64,000 nt of DNA, from contig CM059432.1 of assembly GCA_030390025.1 (NCBI GenBank), forward strand, positions 83,578,001 to 83,642,000, written 5' to 3'. The notes under the pieces were generated by a model that saw only the letters and a program-made list of their open reading frames with translations, had not been told where the DNA came from and did no database searches. This DNA is from Squalus acanthias (taxonomy: Eukaryota). This document shows, piece after piece, positions 58,567 through 64,000 of the stretch (position 1 is the stretch's first letter; each line of letters begins with the position of its first letter). The position numbers and the translations under genes are program-made.

Positions 58567-59892
58567 TAATAGCGCCCTTTTTACATCTATAAAATGGATT
58601 CAATTAGGTCTAATTTCTACTCCAGAGTGTCTGGGTTAGCTTGACCCTGAAGTTCCTCCCTACAACATAGTTCAGAATGCGATGACTGTTTTTAATTGCT
58701 AGTGACTGCATCAATGGAAATCATGGAATTGCCAGTTTTCTGACTGAATTAATGAAGTCTCATTTTGTTTCTTTAGAGCAAGTTAATGGAGTAAAGTGAT
58801 GCAAATGAAAATGTACTTTGGTTTCTGCTGTATTTTGTCTGTTTGCTGAGAAATCCATCCACAAGCATCCAAAAGCAATTTCATATGCTAATCAGATAGC
58901 ACGAGTCATTATTTGTCCTTGCCAGGATAAGGCATGTTTGAAATTTTGTAGGACAAATGGCTCCAATACAACAATGGGTTAAAAATGCAATATTTATTCA
59001 GTTCAGTAGTTCATCATGAGCTCAGACTTAGGTAGCCAGGGAACTTCACAAGTCGAGGCTTGCATTATGTGCACCATGATCAAGGCACTGATTTATGGTA
59101 ACTGAATAAGTCCATTTCTGTTTTTAGTATGCAAGATTCCGTTTCTTTTTTTAACCAGTGTTTTGGGAATTAGGTTCCATGATTCCATCCCTTCATAATT
59201 AGGGCCACCAGTGACTGCTAAGTCAAATTTCACTTTTATTACATGGAATTATGGGATTTTTACCAGTGTATTGGGATCATAATCTGCTGTTCTATCCAAA
59301 ACTTCAAACCAATGGTCTTGATCATGATTCAATTCCAACTGACAGTGAGGCAAAAGGGATAAAAGTTTGAACACAGGCAGAATCGGTCAATCGAAAAACT
59401 ATTATCCAAAGACATTTCTCAAAAACAATACTTTAACCATGGTAGATTTTGTTCATTATACTTAAGTCTAATATTTGTGCATGATGATATTTGCTGAATT
59501 ATTATGTGCTTCGGAGTTCCATTGAATTATAAATATTTTAGTTGCTTTACCTGTAAAAACACTAGTCCATGTTTAATATTCTGCCATTTCATACTCTCGA
59601 CACCATCCAGGACAAAGCAGCCGGCTTAATTGGCACCCCATCCACCACCTTAAACATTCACTCTCTTCACCACAGTACAATCTGTTTTTCATCTAGTAAA
59701 CAGATTGGGATAGATTTTCATCTTTATTACCCGGGTATTAAGCACCCCCTGTGTACAGAAAGAAAATGTGGCCAGGAGGATCGCAGGTCCTCACAAAACC
59801 TGTTGGATTTTTCTTTCATTAATTTCAGTGGAAGGAAAGCCAGGTGGGCTCTGTGTGTGAATCTTCCGACCAGATTTTCCTTTTTGCCCGAT

Positions 59893-61248
59893 ACTCAATC
59901 ATCAGCAAAGTGGTGGAAGGTGTCATCGACAGTGCTATCAAGCAGCACTTAATCACTAATAACCTGCTCACTGATGCCCAGTTTGGGATCCGCCAAGACA
60001 ACTCGGCTCCCGACCTCATTACAGCCTTGGTCCAAACATGGACAAAGGAGCTGAATTCCGGAGGTGAGGTGAGAGTAACTGCCCTTGACATCAAGGCAGC
60101 ATTTGGCCGAATGTGGCATCAAGGAGCTCTAGTAAAACTGAAGTCAATGGGAATCGGGGGAAAACGCTCCACTGGCTGGAGTCATTCCTAGCATAAAGGA
60201 AGATGGTTGTGGTGGTTGAAGGTCAATCATCACAGCCCCAGGATATCGCTGCAGGAGTTCCTCAGGGCAGTGTCCTAGGCCCAACCATCTTCAGCTGCTT
60301 CATCAATGGCCTTCCCTCCGACATAAGGTCAGAAATGGGGATGTTTGCTGATGACTGCACAGTGTTCAGCGCCATTCACATCTCCTTAGATAATGAAGTC
60401 CATGCCTGCCTGCAACAAGACCTGGACGAAGTTCAGGCTTGGGCTGATAAGTGACAGGTAACATTCGCGCCACTGAAGTGCCAGGCAATGACTATCTCCA
60501 ACAAGCGAGAGTCTAACCATCGCCCCTTGACATTCAACGGCATTACCATCGCAGAATCGCCCACCATCAACATCCTGGGGGGGTCACCATTGACCAGAAA
60601 CTTAACTGGACCAGCCACATAAATACTGTGGCAACAAGAGCAGGTCAGAGGCTAGGTATTCTGTGGCGAGTGTCTGACCTCCTGACTCCCCAAAGCCTTT
60701 CCACCATCTACAAGGCACAAGTAAGGACTGTGATGGAATACTCTCCACTTGCCTGGATGAGTGCAGCTCCAACAACACTCAAGAAGCTTGACACCATCCA
60801 GGACAAAGCAGCCCGCTTGATTGGCACTCCATCCACCACCTTAAACATTCACTCCCTCCACCACCGGCGTACCGTGGCTGCAGTGTGTACCATCTACAAG
60901 ATGCACTGCAGCAACTTGCCGAGGCTTCTTTGGCAGCACCTCACAAACCCATGACCTCTACCACCTAGAAGGACAAGGGCAGCAGGCGCATGGGAACACC
61001 ACCACCTCCAAGTTCCCCTTCAAGTCACAAACCATCATGACTTAAAAGTATATCGCCATTCCTTCATCGTCACTGGGTCAAAATCCTGGAACTCCCTCCC
61101 TAACAGCACTGTGGGAGTACCTTCACCACACGGACTGCAGCGGTTCAAGAAGGCGGCTCACCACCACCTTCTCAAAGGCAATTAGGGATGGGCAATAGAT
61201 GCTGGCCTTGCCAGCGACACCCACATCCCATAAATGAATTAAAAAAAA
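59893..61248 (+). mobile_element. 5'-truncated LINE of a second CR1/jockey-group lineage
   Basis: QFGIRQ..DIKAAF, GVPQGSVLGP, MFADD, VRTVMEYSPLAW; 3' end with A-rich tail. Divergent from the other CR1 copies. Confidence 0.9.
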
Positions 61249-61460
61249 CAGGTAACCTTTAATACCCAGGTAGTATAAACAAAAATCGTCCCCTTTGTAC
61301 CAATTAAGGTAATTGCTCATCCTTGGTGTCATACAATTCTGAAAGAAAAGATTTGCTGAAAGGTACAATTTTCACATCATCGGGGTCAAGGGCTGCTTAC
61401 AGGAAATGCTGTGAAATCACTGAACAACAACTTGCCTTTACATGGTGCCTTAAACATAAT

Positions 61461-62225
61461 GGGCCAGAAATTAGGCACTTGCCGGGTGAGTACGCGCTAT
61501 GTACTCACCCGTAAGGCCTCCTGAAGTGCCGGTTTCCTGCATACACTGTGCATGCGCGGAAAACCGGAACTTCCGGTTTCGTGAAGGGAGGGGTTCAGAG
61601 GTGAACCGCGTGCACGGGAGAGGCTGCGCACACGCAACGAACTTAGTTTTTTTTTCAGGTTTCTCCGGGAGGGTAAGTATTGAAGAAGCTGCGCTTTTAA
61701 AAAGGAGGCGCAAGACCCGTTTTTAACAAAGTAAGTGGTTAATTAATTACAATTAAAAAAAAATTCAACAGGTTTATCTTTTTTAGATACTTTAAAGAAA
61801 GGTAAGTTTATTTTTAGCACTGTTAAAAAGTATTTTAATTTTGTCAAAAATTTAAATTTTTGTTTAAAGTAGTTAATTTATTTAACTTATAGTTATTTTA
61901 AAAATGTGATGGTTTTAAAAAAAATTTATTTGAAGTTTAGGTGTTGTTTTGGGGCCGATTTCAATTCATAGATTTGACAGGTCTTCCTGTCAAATCTATG
62001 AATGAAAGATGGTCTGCTGCCATTGGCTCTCCATGGCCCAAGTGATCCCAGGGGACGCATCGCACTAACTACGCCCCTGGGATACACAAGCACTGTGCGC
62101 CGGCAGCTGCAGGAGGCCCAGGAGCTGAAGTCCCCGTGGGCCCAGAGGTCAACAGCAGGCGCGGTAGGTAGGTGCGCGCGGGATCCTTGCACCCACGGGA
62201 AGCCAGGGAGCCTAATTTCTGGGCC
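61461..62225 (+). mobile_element. MITE family M2 (765 bp), inserted in an L2 3' tail
   Basis: TIR GGGCCAGAAATTAGGC / GCCTAATTTCTGGGCC with AAT TSD. Flanks rejoin as AACAACAACTTG..AAT|AAAACGTCCCAAGG (L2 tail, minus strand). Confidence 0.92.
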
Positions 62226-62312
62226 AATAAAACGTCCCAAGGCACTTCATGGGAGCTGAAAGGGAAAATAGTTTCATAAAATACCCCAAATCATAATGAA
62301 GGATAAGATAAT

Positions 62313-63077
62313 GGCCCAAAAATTCGGCCGTTCCCGGGTGAGTACTCAGTGCGTACTCACCCGTATTGCTTTCCGAAGTGCCGGTTTCCTGCATGCACTG
62401 CGCATGCGCGGGAAACCGGAACTTCCGGTATGGTGAAGGGGGCGGTTCCTAGGTGAACCGCGTGCGCGCTAGAGGCTGCGCGCATGCAGCACACTTAGAT
62501 TTTTTTTCAGGTTTCTACGCGAGGGTAAGTTTTGAAGATTCTACGCTAGTAAAAAGGAGGCGTAAGACCCCTTTTGAACAAGGTAAGTGGTTAATTAAGT
62601 ATAATTTAAAACATTTTTCAAGAGGTTTATCTTTTTTAGATACTTTAAAGAAAGGTAAGTTTATTTTTATAACTTTTAAAAAGTATTTTAATTTTTTCAA
62701 AAATTAAAATTTTTGTTTCAAGTGGTTAATTTATTTAACTATAGTTATTTTATAAATGTGATGGTTTTTAAAAAAACATTATTTTAAGTTTAGCTGTTCT
62801 TTTGGGGCCGATTTCAATTCACAGATTTGACAGGTCTCCTGTCAAATCTATGAATGAAAGATGGTCTGCTGCCATTGGCTCTCCATGGCCCACGTGATCC
62901 CAGGGGTTGCATCGCACTAACTACGCCCCTGGAACACGCAAGCACTGCGCGCCGGCCCTTGGGAGAGGTCCAGGACCCGAAGTTCCTGTGGGCCCAAAAC
63001 ACAACGGCAGGCGCAGTGGGTAAGAGCGCGTGCGATCCTTACCCCCGCGGCAAGCCGGCCACGCGAATTTCTAGGCC
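62313..63077 (+). mobile_element. MITE family M2 (765 bp), second copy
   Basis: TIR GGCCCAAAAATTCG / CGAATTTCTAGGCC, TSD AAT/ACT; collinear with 61461-62225. Confidence 0.92.
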
Positions 63078-64000
63078 ACTATCACTTAACAAACTGATAC
63101 CTGTGGAACTGAGTGCAGTGTTTCTATGCTGTGGCTAAAGCCAAGATTTCTTTATGCGATCTGTGAGACTACCAGAGATCCACATGCATTGCTTCTGCGT
63201 GAATTGAGCTAATTTGCACAGAGTGGTGAAGGAGTAGCTCTCCTTCACAAAGCCACCCTGATCATTCCCAATGTTGGTGAATTAAATGAATTATTATGAA
63301 TTTTAAAATGAAGTAGAAACCCAACCAGTAGAAGGTAATTTTTAAATGAATATAAACATGTTAAAATGACAAGATAACTTCAGTGACCTATAAATAAAAC
63401 ATAAACAGGAAGGCACCAGAGGGTGGAAATTCCTGCTTCAGAACTTTCCAAACAAACTTGATATTAAATGGATTAATGCCAACATAAAATAGTGCAAACA
63501 GGAATGTAGCCTGAGTGCATTTAATATTTGCATGTGAAGCTTGTTGATGGGAATGTCTAACTGCTCATATTTAAAACTTCATAGATAAACCAGAAAATGG
63601 TTTGTGACACTAGATATGTGGGGAATACCTGCAATATGCAATGTAAATAATGTAATATTGGTGAACAGGCAATATTTTCATATGCTGGTGACATGTGACA
63701 GTTGCATATGAGATGTACACTATTTGCATAGTTACTATATCAATCAAAAAGCATCACAAATAGACATTGGTTGCTCCACCGCAAGAACAGACTTTCCCGT
63801 CATGTATTACCTGCTTCTCTGCTTTGATGAGCATAGAAGATATCCAACTTAAAGTACCTGTACCAGATACATTCATTATTATATTTGCAATGCGCTATAT
63901 GTTGAAATATGGCTCTCAACAGCAGAAAATTCTAATTAAGTCTGAGCTTTCTCTGAACACATTACATAACTGACTAAAACAAATGAAGTACCTCTGTTAA

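Noticed and set aside
63811..63857. Possible 47-nt minus-strand exon with CAG|GTAATA donor
   Set aside because: Poor polypyrimidine tract and no recognisable product.

Overview
Eukaryotic, repeat-dense, apparently intronic or intergenic DNA. The repeat mix points to a cartilaginous fish (inference). No host protein-coding gene, rRNA, tRNA or CRISPR array can be supported. The window holds many CR1-clade LINE copies: two full-length, one near full-length, and many 5'-truncated. It also holds L2 fragments, a second jockey/CR1-group LINE, a Penelope-like fragment with a minimal hammerhead ribozyme, a probable solo LTR, and many PIF/Harbinger DNA transposons (three two-gene copies, deletion derivatives and MITEs with 3-bp TSDs), often deeply nested. 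The most striking observation is at the CR1 ORF1/ORF2 junction. Three divergent CR1 subfamilies all carry TTTAAACTAA there, and a fourth decayed copy carries TATAAACTAA. This is a U-UUA-AAC slippery heptamer, in phase and directly before the ORF1 stop in two copies. In the copy with an unbroken junction, ORF2 runs in the -1 frame with no AUG before the endonuclease. This suggests gag-pol-like programmed -1 ribosomal frameshifting. A young copy has a G8 run that puts ORF1 and ORF2 in one frame, giving a 1274-aa zinc-finger/esterase/EN/RT ORF interrupted only by the Penelope insertion. Boundaries of old, decayed elements are approximate.
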